64,000 nt of DNA from Oikopleura dioica (Eukaryota; Animalia; Chordata): positions 806,001-870,000 of the forward strand of contig OU015568.1 of the NCBI GenBank assembly GCA_907165135.1, in the 5' to 3' direction. This document shows positions 48,163 through 60,093 of the stretch, one piece after another. The notes under the pieces are model-generated. The model worked only from the letters and a program-made list of their open reading frames with translations. It made no database searches and was not told the DNA's origin. Made by a program: the position numbers and the translations under genes. How positions within the stretch are numbered: position 1 is the stretch's first letter; each line of letters begins with the position of its first letter.

Positions 48163-51100
48163 TCAAAGCATGATGGATAAAAACTTAAGAAGGCGGAAAT
48201 TTTTGTTGATGAGGCAAATTTGGATGAATTTTTTCACCCCTTCTGGATTTCTTCTGACGGTTTTTCGAAGCTCTTCGTTGATCGATTCTGATGAGTCATC
48301 CACAATCGCCAGCAAGGATTCTAGCTCCTCGAGCTCGGGTATGGCATCTTCTTGCTCTTCCACCTGATTTGTCACGAAATCGATCAGGTGCTCAAGGTAA
48401 AATCGGAACGCAACTGCACTGAGAGGGTTGTTTTTATGACCGACGAGATCCATGAGGACGTTTTTTCCAGTCTGTACTCGTCCTAATCGGAGTTGGTTCT
48501 GTGCCAAAAGCAGCGTCGATGATGGGCTTAAAAATATTCAGAAGGGAAATTTATTTCTTCACCAAAGCAATTAAAGTGCACATTAAGGTACTTGCCAGGA
48601 ATGATTGGACAATTATCTTTACATAGTAGATATACTATCTATCTTAGATAGACTATCTATCTATGTTTAATTCGCTCTATCTAGGCAAGCTTACCTTAGC
48701 CCTCGCTCTTTTATTTCATTGCACAAATCACTACTTTTCTGAAACAGTTCTTGATCGTTGACTGTACTTCCCAGTAGATACAGCATCGACGCCAGCTCCA
48801 ACTTATTGAACTCAGTCGCGTTTTCTCCCTTCAAAAATGCTTGAAAATCGTCCCTCGCCGATTTGAACTTTTCCACAGCCTCCCTCAAAACAACAGTAAT
48901 AAAAGATAAGTCATCCTTGTTTTCAAGTGTAAAAGGGTAGCCGTCACTTACTTGGCGTTATTTCTGCCCTTTTCGCTAACTCCCAGGATTTTGGATAGTC
49001 GACCACGTAGCAAGACTCCAACGGATGAATCAGGACTGTGCGACAGAGCAAGTTGAACTGAGCCTTTTTCAAAGTTCATTTTACAAGAATACTTCGCGTC
49101 TAGTTTTCTATGTGGAAAACATACAATGTAAATGAGGTTTTAGCCAAATTGGAATTATTATTGAAAACTTTTGCCATCGCCACCGGAAAATTATCGCAAT
49201 GAAGTAGAAACAAAGATGTCAAAAGATAAAGTTCCGGATTTTCTTCGCAAATCTCCAGCATCTTTGAAACAATGTTCAAATTCTCCCCAGCACTATTGAA
49301 CTGGTAGTCATCGATGGAAACAAAGCGTAAAAAATAAGAGTAGAGTTGTTGAACCGGCGTCTCGTCGACAGAAGAGTTATGTTCGAGAAGATTGACAAGA
49401 TAGGACTTTTTCAAGGGTGGCTTAGCTCGACAACAGGTTTTGAACTGGAGAGTAGACTTATTGCCCCGTCCTGAATATCAAAGGGCAGCTTTTTCTGATG
49501 AAAACGCAGCAGAATCCGACTCAGAGAGATCCTTTGAACTTCATCAAGTTGTTCCAACTGAATGTTGGCAAAGAGCTTCTTGGCTTGTTCAACATCAAAT
49601 GATTCTCGTTCCTCTTGATCGTAGTAATCGAAGCAGAAGAGAGCGAGTCGGTCGATTTGGAGGCCATTCCAAGCGGAAGGATTTTCTTTGAGGATTTCTT
49701 TGACTCGTTGAATTTGATGCTCAGCAGCTGATTCTTTTCGGCGCTTTGTCAGGGTTGTTATAATGGTAGTAATTCATAGAAGGGGTTTAGGGTTAAGTTG
49801 ACAGAGTAAGACAAAGGGGCCCCAAGAATGGATGGCTCCTTGGGGGTCAGACCCTTAGGTAGTAGTAGGGGCCTATCATTCGAGCTGCCCCTAACCCTTA
49901 AGTTAAGGGCCTCAACCTAACCCAGGGAGCTACGCGGCGTAGCCTACGCCCCCGGGACCCCCCACCTAGGGCCTCAAACAGGGGCTTCGCCCCCCGGACC
50001 CCCCGTTAAGAGTTCCAAGACCCTAACCCTCACCAATAGCCCAGGTTATTGGATGGCTCGAATGATAACCCCTCTTTACGCTTTTGGCTAGGGTTTAGAA
50101 TCTTGATTTCAGATAAGGGGAAGGTGCTTGATATAAATGCTAAAGAAATGTTCTTTCTCAATATACAAAATGATGTTCATCGCTGATAATTATCAGATTA
50201 AAACAAGATATAGACCATATCATATAGTTGAAACATGTTTCGGAGAGGTACGCTTTGCGAAGAAAAAGTGTAACCTTGATGTAATAAAACCCGATTACTG
50301 AGCATAGATGTACGAAAGACTCAGCAAGGCGGTACAATTTTCAGAGGATTTTTGAAGAATCTTCTCGAGTATTTTAAGCGAACTTAATTAAGAAATTTAG
50401 ATAGGGCTTTATAATTAAAATGATTCACCTCGATATATAGCCAAGTTGATAAGAAACATAAGCAAGAATATTCTGAGTTGTTGAGCTTGTTATTCCGACT
50501 TCTGAATCGATGAGAATTGACGTCTTTGATCGGATCTTTTACAAATAAAAAAAACAAGGCAATTTATATACAATGCAGCGGATGAATTGATCAATCAAAA
50601 ATTCTCCTTTTCAAATTGACAAATTTTCAAGATGCGTTCCTGGAGATCATTGTGAATCGCGTGGAGAATTCCTTCATGATGCTCGATGCATTTTGGGTGA
50701 CGATTATTGAGATTCAAGAGCTGAGAAAAAAGTGACTTCATTTCTCTGAAATTCTGTTTTTTCCAATTTTCAATCCCTCTTCCTTTCAATTTTCGCCGGA
50801 GGTCAAGTTCTATGAAGGTTTTCTCCTATAACATTATTTGACGTTATTTTTGGTCTTATGTTGATGAAATTCCCGAACCCTATCGAAGGTTGATCTTTTT
50901 ATAGCTGATCCTCCTTTAATAAGAAAATATAATAGAAATTGTTCATAAGACGCAATGGCCCATTCCGAATGGGTAGTAGGGGGTTATCATTCAAGCTGCC
51001 CCTAACCCTAAACCTAGACCAGGGATTCGCCCTCAGACCCCCTTAAGAGTTCCCAGTCTCTAACCCTACCCAATAGCCCAGATTCTAGAAATATTGGACG

Positions 51101-51320
51101 GCTCGAATCATAGGCTCGAATAATAGCCTTTCTCAACGACGCAATGACTTTGAGTGAGTAAGATTTTGAGTGACAAGTTGTCAAAGTTACTTACTTTCTT
51201 TCCCAGTAACATTTGATTATCAGGAAGTCTGCCTTTCAAAAAGAGCTCATCTTGTATAACAAGGTAATGGTTGTTTGAAGGCATCTTCCACGTGCCAAAA
51301 GTCCCAGCTTCAAAATCCAA
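48163..51320 (-). CDS. Uncharacterised multi-exon, alpha-helical (TPR-like) protein; model incomplete
   Basis: Protein-like exon ORFs at 48163-48507, 48691-48888, 49100-49414, ~49450-49735, 50595-50789 and 51108-51320, separated by intron-like gaps; no firm family motif. Confidence 0.5.
49858..50069. mobile_element. Non-autonomous family C, copy 2
   Basis: GTAGTAGGGG..TATCATTCGAGC ... GGGGCTTCGCCCCCCGGACCCCC ... GCTCGAATGATAAC. Confidence 0.7.
50971..51112. mobile_element. Non-autonomous family C, copy 3 (internally deleted)
   Basis: GGGTAGTAGGGGGTTATCATTCAAGCTGCCCCTAACCC ... GGCTCGAATCATA. Confidence 0.7.
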
Positions 51321-51442
51321 GAACTGTCAAATTCAGAGAACGTTACACATCTTTCTCTCTACCCCCTTCTTTTCTGCCGGCTCCGTCCATCAAAAAACGC
51401 CAAGAGATGGCGCTACGCTGATAAGTTCACGCTGAACCTTGC

Positions 51443-51449
51443 TATAAAA
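51443..51449 (+). promoter_or_regulatory. Candidate TATA box
   Basis: TATAAAA 70 nt upstream of the ATG at 51513. Confidence 0.45.
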
Positions 51450-51512
51450 AGGACGTTTCTAGGTAGAAAAACTTATTCTTTTCAAGACCCTCGAAAACAT
51501 CTTCTTTCAACA

Positions 51513-51722
51513 ATGAATTTTTCCATTCTTCTGTCAATTTTAACCACATTAGTCGCTGGAAACCACCACCGCGATTTCGCTTCACACCGGAGTTTGCCAA
51601 AACAGCTGAGCCAAGTTGCCAGAGCTCGAACTCAACGATCCTTGCTTAACAAATATGCATACCAGCAACCAATTCAGCGCAGGCTTCCCCGAAACTTCAG
51701 AATGCTCATGAACAGACTGTGA
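51513..51722 (+). CDS. Single-exon 69-aa secreted basic peptide
   Basis: Hydrophobic signal MNFSILLSILTTLVAG, upstream TATA box, Arg-rich mature part. Confidence 0.6.
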   Translation: MNFSILLSILTTLVAGNHHRDFASHRSLPKQLSQVARARTQRSLLNKYAYQQPIQRRLPRNFRMLMNRL

Positions 51723-52879
51723 TAAAGGCGTCTGGACAACCAGGATTCCACAGCAAGAAAACACGATTAGAAGAATCGATTGCCTGAGATCGTTCAAATA
51801 TTTTACTGCAATATTATGAAATGTCTATTTTGTTTGCTTTTTCCGTTCGCCCCTTTTAAACTGCTTTTTCACTTATAATAATAAAATGCAAAAAACAAAA
51901 TATCGTCCATAAAAGGGGTAGTCATCAGAGCCTTAGATGAGATGTCTAGAATTTTGGCGATAAGAGTTAGGGACTTAAAGCTCTTAGCGAAGAGCATGGG
52001 TTACTTCGCCCCGATGGGGCAGGGGTAGCACCTGGTTTTGAGTAAGAGACTTATCCTTCTTAGGAATAGGAGCCCTCCTATCATTTTTTCCGCAATATTT
52101 TTCTTGAAGCTTTACGTGAGTCCATACGTATATGTTTTATGCTTTTTATGTGTATAACAATTCGCACTTATTTTACACCCAGATGAGCACGCTATAATAT
52201 AATCGAACGTCCCCTAGTATCTTCGAATATAATTTTACGCTTCACAAGAAATTCTATGTATAAACATGTTTTTAATTGGTGGCTATCATTCATATTTTTT
52301 TACACATTTTTCTATCGCCCAATTTTATGCATGATAAAATTTCATCATCACAATATAAAGCTCGATTCATATTCATGTTTATTTTATTTATTTCGACTTG
52401 AAAACAGATCGCAGTACATTTAAAACGCTCATTCAAAGAAAGGTCAAAGGATTGAGCTGCCATTTCCCGACTCAAGTGGAGATTAGATGAGATGCGTCAG
52501 TATTCGAGTTCACAAATCCTTCGAAAGATGTTCTGTGTGACAGTTTCCGCCGGCTAGAAATAGCTTTTTCAATCGTAAAAGAAGAATAAACGAACCCATA
52601 TTGAACTTGGATCTGCGCTCTTTCCGCGTATTTTCGATGAATATTCAGCGCAGAAACTGAAAAGTTGTTTTATTAATTAATTAAATAATTGACCCGCTTA
52701 CCTCCAATAAGACCGACTGCAATTAGAGCTCCGAAAATGCCGATTGTAATGTTAATTGCTCTTTGCCGATCTTTCAAAGCAAGATAATTGTCGATTTCTT
52801 TGTAGAAACATTCATCTTTTGGCCTTAAATAAACATAATTGGACACTTATCCAATCAATTGTTGCTGAATCGATGTATT

Positions 52880-55736
52880 TTAAGACACTAACGGGTCGGC
52901 GCAGGTCGGAATCGGCGCTTGAAACCAAGCCATTTGTCCACACCAGCAATTCGGATCGGTTCTGAAACATTCGCAGTAGTCGTTCCAGTGTTTCGAATCC
53001 TCAGGGCAATGAGCTCCGATATCCTGACTATGCTCCAGCGCTGCAGAGGAATCGAGATCGTTGTCATACAGCCATGCTCCGGAGCTTGATTGTCGATAAA
53101 TCACTCGAGTGTAGTTTCCATCTGTGTCGTTGAAGAACCAAACGTCTTTTTCGGCTAGTTTTGTCAAGGTGACGTTTTTCTGAAAATTTGACGTCTGAGT
53201 CAGCACTGACGAAATTTGTAAAATTACTAGAGTTTTGTCGGGATTCTCAGGATTATACGTGACATTAATTTTATGACAGCAGCCAGCGTGTACGCACGAT
53301 ATACTCATGCGGGAAGCGCTCAGGGCTCCATCTTCGTCGAAAAGAGCGGCTGGCCGCCAGTTAGGAGCTGAATCAGTCGAAGAATCCTTTTCGTTTCCAA
53401 GATAGAACCACTTGTTAACATCGCCGGGACATTCACTTGTTCCCTCTTCAAGTTAGTTTAGTTGGAAGAATATTTTTTTAAGAAGTTCTTTACCTCCATA
53501 AATCATCGCATTTGTATCATTCAAGACATCCGAAACATGCCAATTTTGCATCTTGCTACAAATCAACTTGTTTATTTTCTTGACGGAAAAGATTTCTTAC
53601 TCTGAGAAGAAGAGGTAGAATTTTTGTCGTTGCAGTTGTTGGAGTCTTTTTCGTAAATCATTCGATCATTCAGTTTAAGCGCTTTTCGCAGGGTGTATTT
53701 ATCATGTTGGTGGACTACTTCGCTCGTTACTAAAATTATTTTAATTTAATTCTGAAATGAAGAAAACATGGAAAAAGAACTTTAAGCTTAAGGGGGTCCC
53801 AAACGATTTTTCCGAAATGAGCCATTTTCAAACGGCGCTCACGGCGTCACGGACTTAGATTTTTCAAAAATTATTTTTCGTTTAACTAGATCATTCTTAG
53901 ATCTAGTGAAGCGTGTCTCAAATTTTTTAATCCAATCACATTCGGCGCTAGAGCGCTGAGAAGGTAACCATCTCGCGCAAAATCGCGTTTTTGGGTACTT
54001 TTTGAACGAGATTTACTCCAAAAATTTAGGAAACAATTTATTTCTTTCCTATGGTTTCTAAAAGGTCTAACGCTAATCTAGTGAAGCGTATCTCAGTTTT
54101 CAAATTCCAAAAATGATAATGTAACGAAGACGATCAAAATAATGTACGATTTTGAAATTTCAACCATGCGAATTGCCTTCCGGGCATTACCCAAACCCAT
54201 ATTTTCGGGCATAAATAGAAAGTTGAGCTCATAGCCTTTCTAAAAATGTGCCATATTCGTACTTTAGACAACTGTAAATAAGGGTTGATTTTTTAATTTC
54301 CATGCAAATACATCAAAATTGGCCACTTCAAGGTCAATTTTGGACACTTTTCTAAAACAATCGAAAAAAGCTAGAGACCTTTTTTGAAGCTTTTTGCATG
54401 AGGAATTCAAATCTGAAGAGTAAAATCTAGAATTCGAAAAATCTAAAAATCGTGGGGACCCCTTAATAAGCGTTTTGATATCTAATTAAAAGCCGCGAAG
54501 CGGCTTCGCCAAAATTACTATTTTAGTTTATTTTTTGGGTTTACGCGAAGCCGCTTCGCGGCTCTGTTTATAGAAAAGCCGCTACGCGGCTTTTATTGAT
54601 ACTCTTTCAAAAGTTGACTCAGGTTTCAGGGGAAGCCTGAGTCAGGACAATTCATCAAAGAGCAAACCTGAATAACTGCCGACTGCTTCTGGAAACTTCA
54701 TTCCGATCCCGTCCTTAGCCGTAACCTTGATTTCCATTTTCTTGCAACAATCGCCCATATTGTAAACAAAACTGGTGCCAGTGTGGTCGCTTCGAAAATG
54801 CGTCTTGGCGCATTGAGGGGGTGACGTTTTAATCCATTTTGCGCCACCGCAACGGGATGTGGAAAGATTGTGGAGGGTCGGATCGCAGATACTGAACCAG
54901 GAGACGATTTGGTTGGGGCACAAAGCGTCGCTGATTGGTGTGTGCTGGAGTCGCTCTTCTGGATCCAAACTTGGGCCCATGGTCCATCTTGGGCTGAAGC
55001 TGATTTTTCTGTCGACGTAGATGTAGTAGGAAAGGCCTTCTTCCTTGCATGCGACGTATTCGTAGACGGTCGAGTTCACTTTGGTGAATTTTGCCACTCG
55101 ATTGCTGTAGTCGCCATTGCAAGTTTGAAAAGTGTAGCGATGGTAGAGCTCCTCGCAGCAAGAACTTGTGAGGCTTTGGCGAGAAGTCGGCGCGGCAATT
55201 TCAAAATGCTCCTCTCTTCCGCACGAGCAAGTCGATTGCTTGTAGCAGGGACATCTGTAGAGCCACTTGTTGTAGTAATTCGGGCATTTTGAGGGCTTGT
55301 CGGCGTGGGCTCGGGTGAGATTTATATCCATAGGCGGGCTGGTGTCTGGAGAGTTTTCGGGGCGGATTTCCAGGTAGTGCTCGTAATAAGTCCAGTTGAA
55401 CTTGCCGAGCTCTTCCACTGCCTGCCCAACGAGGGAGAGAGTATAATTGACTGTAAAACGGGCTCAAAAGAAGAAAAAAATTGAAAAAAATTTTTTATAA
55501 TTTTTACTCATTCTTTTCTCAAATTTCAAATGATATTTCTGAGCCGTGACTGTAACTGTACCCACGCCATGATCCGTTAGCGTTTGTTGTCCCTTATTTT
55601 CATAGTAAGTATTGTTTATCTGTCTGAAAGCATTCAAAACAGTCTGATCCTGTCTTCCAACTTTGAAATAGACGACTTCTGGACATGAACTCTCTACTAT
55701 TGTTGAAAAAATAGAAAATAAGACAAAGTTCTTCAT
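52880..55736 (-). CDS. Secreted protein with four Cys/Trp-patterned ~110-aa repeats
   Basis: Signal MKNFVLFSIFSTIVES; repeated CC...Y..Y...W...CP...W...C units across exons. Confidence 0.75.
53792..54462. mobile_element. Non-autonomous DNA transposon, 671 bp, flanked by TTAA, intronic
   Basis: TTAA|GGGGGTCCCAAACGATTTTT ... AAAAATCGTGGGGACCCC|TTAA. Confidence 0.75.
54489..54648. mobile_element. Family B-related remnant
   Basis: Three AAGCCGC-N3-GCGGCT hairpins followed by TGACTCAGGT...GCCTGAGTCA. Confidence 0.55.
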
Positions 55737-57404
55737 ATTTCAAAAAAATGATTCTGAAAAAAAATGTCCGGGAAAAGAAAATTCTTCGCAAAGAAACTGT
55801 ATTTATTTTTGGCCGGAAAAATAACGGATTGTAAGAATTTCGCTCCTGTTTTGATAACTTCGTTTGCTGCAGGAAATCGGTTGCTTGTTTCCAATGACTT
55901 TAAAATAAAAAAAACAGATGGTAAATTCAACGGATAGAGACTTCCCAGGTAAGTTTCAGGTACCTCAGGGTTAGGGTTAGGGCTAGGCCCACAGGGTACG
56001 AGATGACTCCCTACCATCAATAGTGAAAATGATCATCAGCTTCTGGGGTTTCTAAAACTATATTATGTCTACCCTTCTAAGCTAGGAAAAAGCTCAGTTA
56101 TGAGTGATTTTCCCTAGTTATGCCAGGGTTGTGACTAACCCACTTTCCTGATTTCCTATCCCAGGTGTGGGAAAAGGGCTGTAATTGATTGCTTCATAAA
56201 AAGCAATAATTGAAGGAAAACTAATTCAATAAACTAAAGTTATCCTGAGTTCGTGAAAATTTTCAAACGGTTTCGATCAAAAAGTATTATCAACCAAAAC
56301 GGCTCTATTACGGAGATAACAGGATATCGCCTCGTCTAAATTTAGCTGCCAGAGAAGTCTGAAAGAGGCGGTACTTGAAAGGAGAAAATTTAAATTTTGG
56401 CGTGAAAAAGGTTAAATTTGACATTTCTTCAATTTTAAGCGCGGCCTTTTTGCGAATTTGACAAACCAAGGGATCACAAACAGAGATTGATTACAAGCAG
56501 GAAAGGATTAGGGCGACCGTTGGTTTCGTAGACGATTTTTTGCGGTAAGTCACAAATTCCACAATACGAAGATTTATTGCAAAGAAAAACAGAACATTCG
56601 AGTTTTCAACATTGAGAGAAAAACCAAGTTCAATTAAAAGAAGCTGATATGAAAAGGTAACTTCAATTTTTTGGCATTTTCGGGATTTTTATGTTAGATT
56701 TTTTGAATATTTTTGGAAAAAAAATGATAAAAATCGTCCAAAAATTACCAAAAAAATTTTTTAAAATCGCGGTTTTTCCCGATTATTTATTTTATTTGTC
56801 GAAAAATCGCGTATTTTCATCCAAAATTTCGCGTTCAAGGCGCATTGATTACGGAGATTAACAAATTAGAGTGACCCTGTCAGTTAGGTTCCTCAAAATT
56901 ACACGCGTCGGTTTCGTAATCCATCAGAAACGGACTCGTTTTGGTTTCAACAAAAGGGAGAATGCAGAAAGAACCAGTTGAGGTTGCTCTTTTTCTTATC
57001 TTCGAATTTTCGGATTTTCAAATTTCCTGATTAAACCCGCAAGAAGGCTCAAATACCAATGTAAGAGCAAAAAGAAAGCTTATAAAGCCCACAGTCTGTA
57101 GGCCACAGAGCTGATAAGGCGACTGATAAGGCTGATTCTAGAGAAACAAAGATAAAGAAATCTCAAACAACGTTTACTTACCCTCTGTGCTGTGGCTAAG
57201 AGAAGGATTATGTCAAAAAAAACATTGTTTTTTGAATAATTTTGGCTTTTTTGCGAGACTTTTTTTTTTTCGAGCATTGTTTCAATTTTTGGAATTTAAG
57301 GACTCATCTCTTATGAAAAATATTTTTCAAAAAGCCCTCAATCTTTCCCGCAAAGTCTATTTTTCTTCCTCTTTTTCTTCAACCTTACATTGTACTTTAG
57401 GACA

Positions 57405-59895
57405 ATGAAGAGCTTTCAGAACACTGGCTTTGCGGCACTTTTGATTTTTTGCATCTCGTTTTTGTTTCTTGGAAGCTTGTTTATTCCGAAGAACGAAAAG
57501 GATGAGAATTTTCAGGTGATGATAGAAGAGATTTGGGAAGATCAAAATGAGATTCTCTCGATTTTGACGGAAGAGAATTTTTATCAGAAGCAAAAAGAGA
57601 GACAGGCGAAAATCATAAGAGAAGAAAATCAAGAAGAAAATGAACAGGCTTATTGCGAGCTGAATATCCAGCCCTCAATTGAGAAGAAAATCGAGCCAAA
57701 GTACAACCTTAGCCCGGAAAGATTCCTGACCGCATTTGTCTCTCGAGGCCCAAACAACCAGATTTACTCGCTGAGAGAAACCATCTTCATTGCCCTCGCT
57801 TTGAATAGGACGCTGATTTTGCCGCCCTTTTTCAAACACGACCGTGGCGATCCGACTTCGAACGGATCAAACACGGCTGTGGTCGATTTTGACCAAAGGG
57901 TTGACATTGAAAAACTAAGAGAGCTGATTCCAGGAACGGATTTTTAAAATTAAAATTAAAATTAAAATTAAAATTAAAATTAAAATTAAAATTAAAATTA
58001 AAATTAAAATTAAAATTAAAATTAAAATTAAAATTAAAATTAAAATTAAAATTAAAATTAAAATTAAAATTAAAATTAAAATTAAAATTAAAATTAAAAT
58101 TAAAATTAAAATTAAAATTAAAATTAAAATTAAAATTGATCCTTTCGATAGTCATTCTCACAAAAGATGCATCGAGCGTCTGCCCAAATGGGTTAGGAAA
58201 AATCTTCCGGGCTCAAAAAATCTGTCTTTTCGACGAAAACCCTCCTCGACTCTCTGCCACCCAGGAGGAAATGAATCTTCCAGTGAATTTCGAAACTGAA
58301 AACATCTGCCATCACAAAACTCAGCAGGATAAAATCGTCCCCAATCGGGAGGACATCGACGCGGCTTTTGGAGAAGGTTTTGGGAAAGAGAAAAATCTTG
58401 CGATAAAACGGGTTTTGAGGATGAACAACAAGGACTTGATTCGCGGACTCTTTCAGAAAGAGAAGGACACAGTTTGTGCGGCGACGGGATTTCCCTACGA
58501 AAGTGTGCAAATCATGAATTTGATCAAACATGACGATGAGGCTGGAAATCTTGCTAGGGAAATTATACAGTAAGGCTTACTGAGTAAGCTATACATGTAT
58601 AAGTTTGATAAAGACAATTCAAATAACTGATTTCATTACTATATCATATGAGTTCGTAATTTATTTGCAGAAGAAATTTGGCTTAACGTTTTCGGAAAAA
58701 ATTTCCATCATCAGAATCGCTTCCTTTTTGCTGGAACCAGAAAAACAAAATTATAAAATAAAAAATAATGAACAGTTAAAAGCATTTATAAGCCGTTTAT
58801 TGTTCGTTTTTCTTCATTATTGTTTCACTTTAGAAATAATAATTTTTGATAAAAACCCGCTCTCTGCATCAATTTTATTCTGCTATCGCAGCTGCAGACT
58901 TTCTGGAGTCAATCGACACCCATCAGATGTTTTCGATAAACTAATCTACTGTAAATTATCTACTGATTATCTCAATACTTTTTCCATACTTACTTGAACA
59001 AATTAAGTTATAATTTTCTGGGATTTCAAACATATTTCAGATACACTGAGCGACCAAAACACATTCAAAATCTCGTCCAAAAATTTATCGAAAAATTCGC
59101 CGGGGAAAAAGAAGACCCTCATTTCATGGCGATCCACTGGAGATACGACGAAAAGGACTGGAAAGATGAGCAGTGCAGGCGGAAACCGGACTTCAAAATT
59201 TGCAAGGACTTTGAGATAATGCGAGATCCGGAGAAACTGTCCGATGAAATAGAGAGCTACTTGTCCAGCCTTGAAGAGAAATTCGACTTCATCTACATCG
59301 CCGCTCCTCCATCAGAGCTCGCGCTCATCGAGGGCGTCGGCAAATCCTTCGCTCGGAAAGGACTCATTCCGATCGTTTCTCAAGTCGAAATGGACCAGCT
59401 GATGCGAGAAGAATTTGAAGCTTCTTGTGGCGAAAAGTTCAAAAGCCTGCGATACGAAATACTATCAATGCTAGACAGTGAAATTTGTACAGTTGCGCCG
59501 GTCTTTTATTATTCTATCATGTCGAGTTATTCGATGAATATTCAGCAAGAAAGATTCGTTAGGTTCAAAAATGGCGCGACGAGATTCGTAAGTTGCGATT
59601 TCCAGAATAAAATTCTACTCCCGTGTAACAATTTTAGGGTAGGGTGGGTTGCGTCATTTCAGCGCTGCGCTCCCGGTACAATACCTACCACACTGCCCGC
59701 AGCGAGCGTAAAATCCAATAGAGATGGCGCTTTTTGAGAAAGGCGCTTGCTGCGGGCAGTGTGGTAGGTATTGTACCGGGAGCGCAGCGCTGAAATGACG
59801 CAACCCACCCTACCCTAAAATTGTTACAAGGGAGTAGCTCCTCTTTTCAGAACGGCGACTTATTTGGTGATTCAAGATATGCTCAAATCCACTAG
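57405..59895 (+). CDS. O-fucosyltransferase family protein (POFUT-like fold), type II membrane
   Basis: GPNNQIYSL...ALALNRTLILPPF, FMAIHWRY, IYIA and LDSEIC...FYYSIMSSYS; four exons, last exon 59851-59895. Confidence 0.85.
57944..58137. repeat. (TTAAAA)n hexanucleotide array, ~32 perfect units, intronic
   Basis: Directly visible; fills most of GA-AG intron 57934-58151. Confidence 0.97.
59615..59837. repeat. Near-perfect inverted repeat (94-bp arms, 35-nt spacer); foldback/MITE-like
   Basis: 59615-59708 is the reverse complement of 59744-59837 with two mismatches. Confidence 0.92.
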
Positions 59896-60093
59896 CCTTC
59901 AGAAAAAAACTTACCTTTTGATGAAAAATCCAATTGGAAAAAAAAAACTCATCATTTCTTCAAAACTTAGAATATCTTTTATTATTTTCTACTGCTTACC
60001 CTCATGATCTTTATATAAATGAAAAAAGAACACGCCCATTTTGTTGACTCAAATCTTGCAAATCAACTTTTCTTATTCAAATACAGAGAAAAA

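Noticed and set aside
48163-48507. Resemblance of AQNQLRLGRV...KNNP to an SRP72-like helical segment
   Set aside because: The similarity is too weak to name the gene without a search.
57832-58161. Minus-strand ORF with poly(NF)
   Set aside because: It is the translation of the intronic (TTAAAA)n array.
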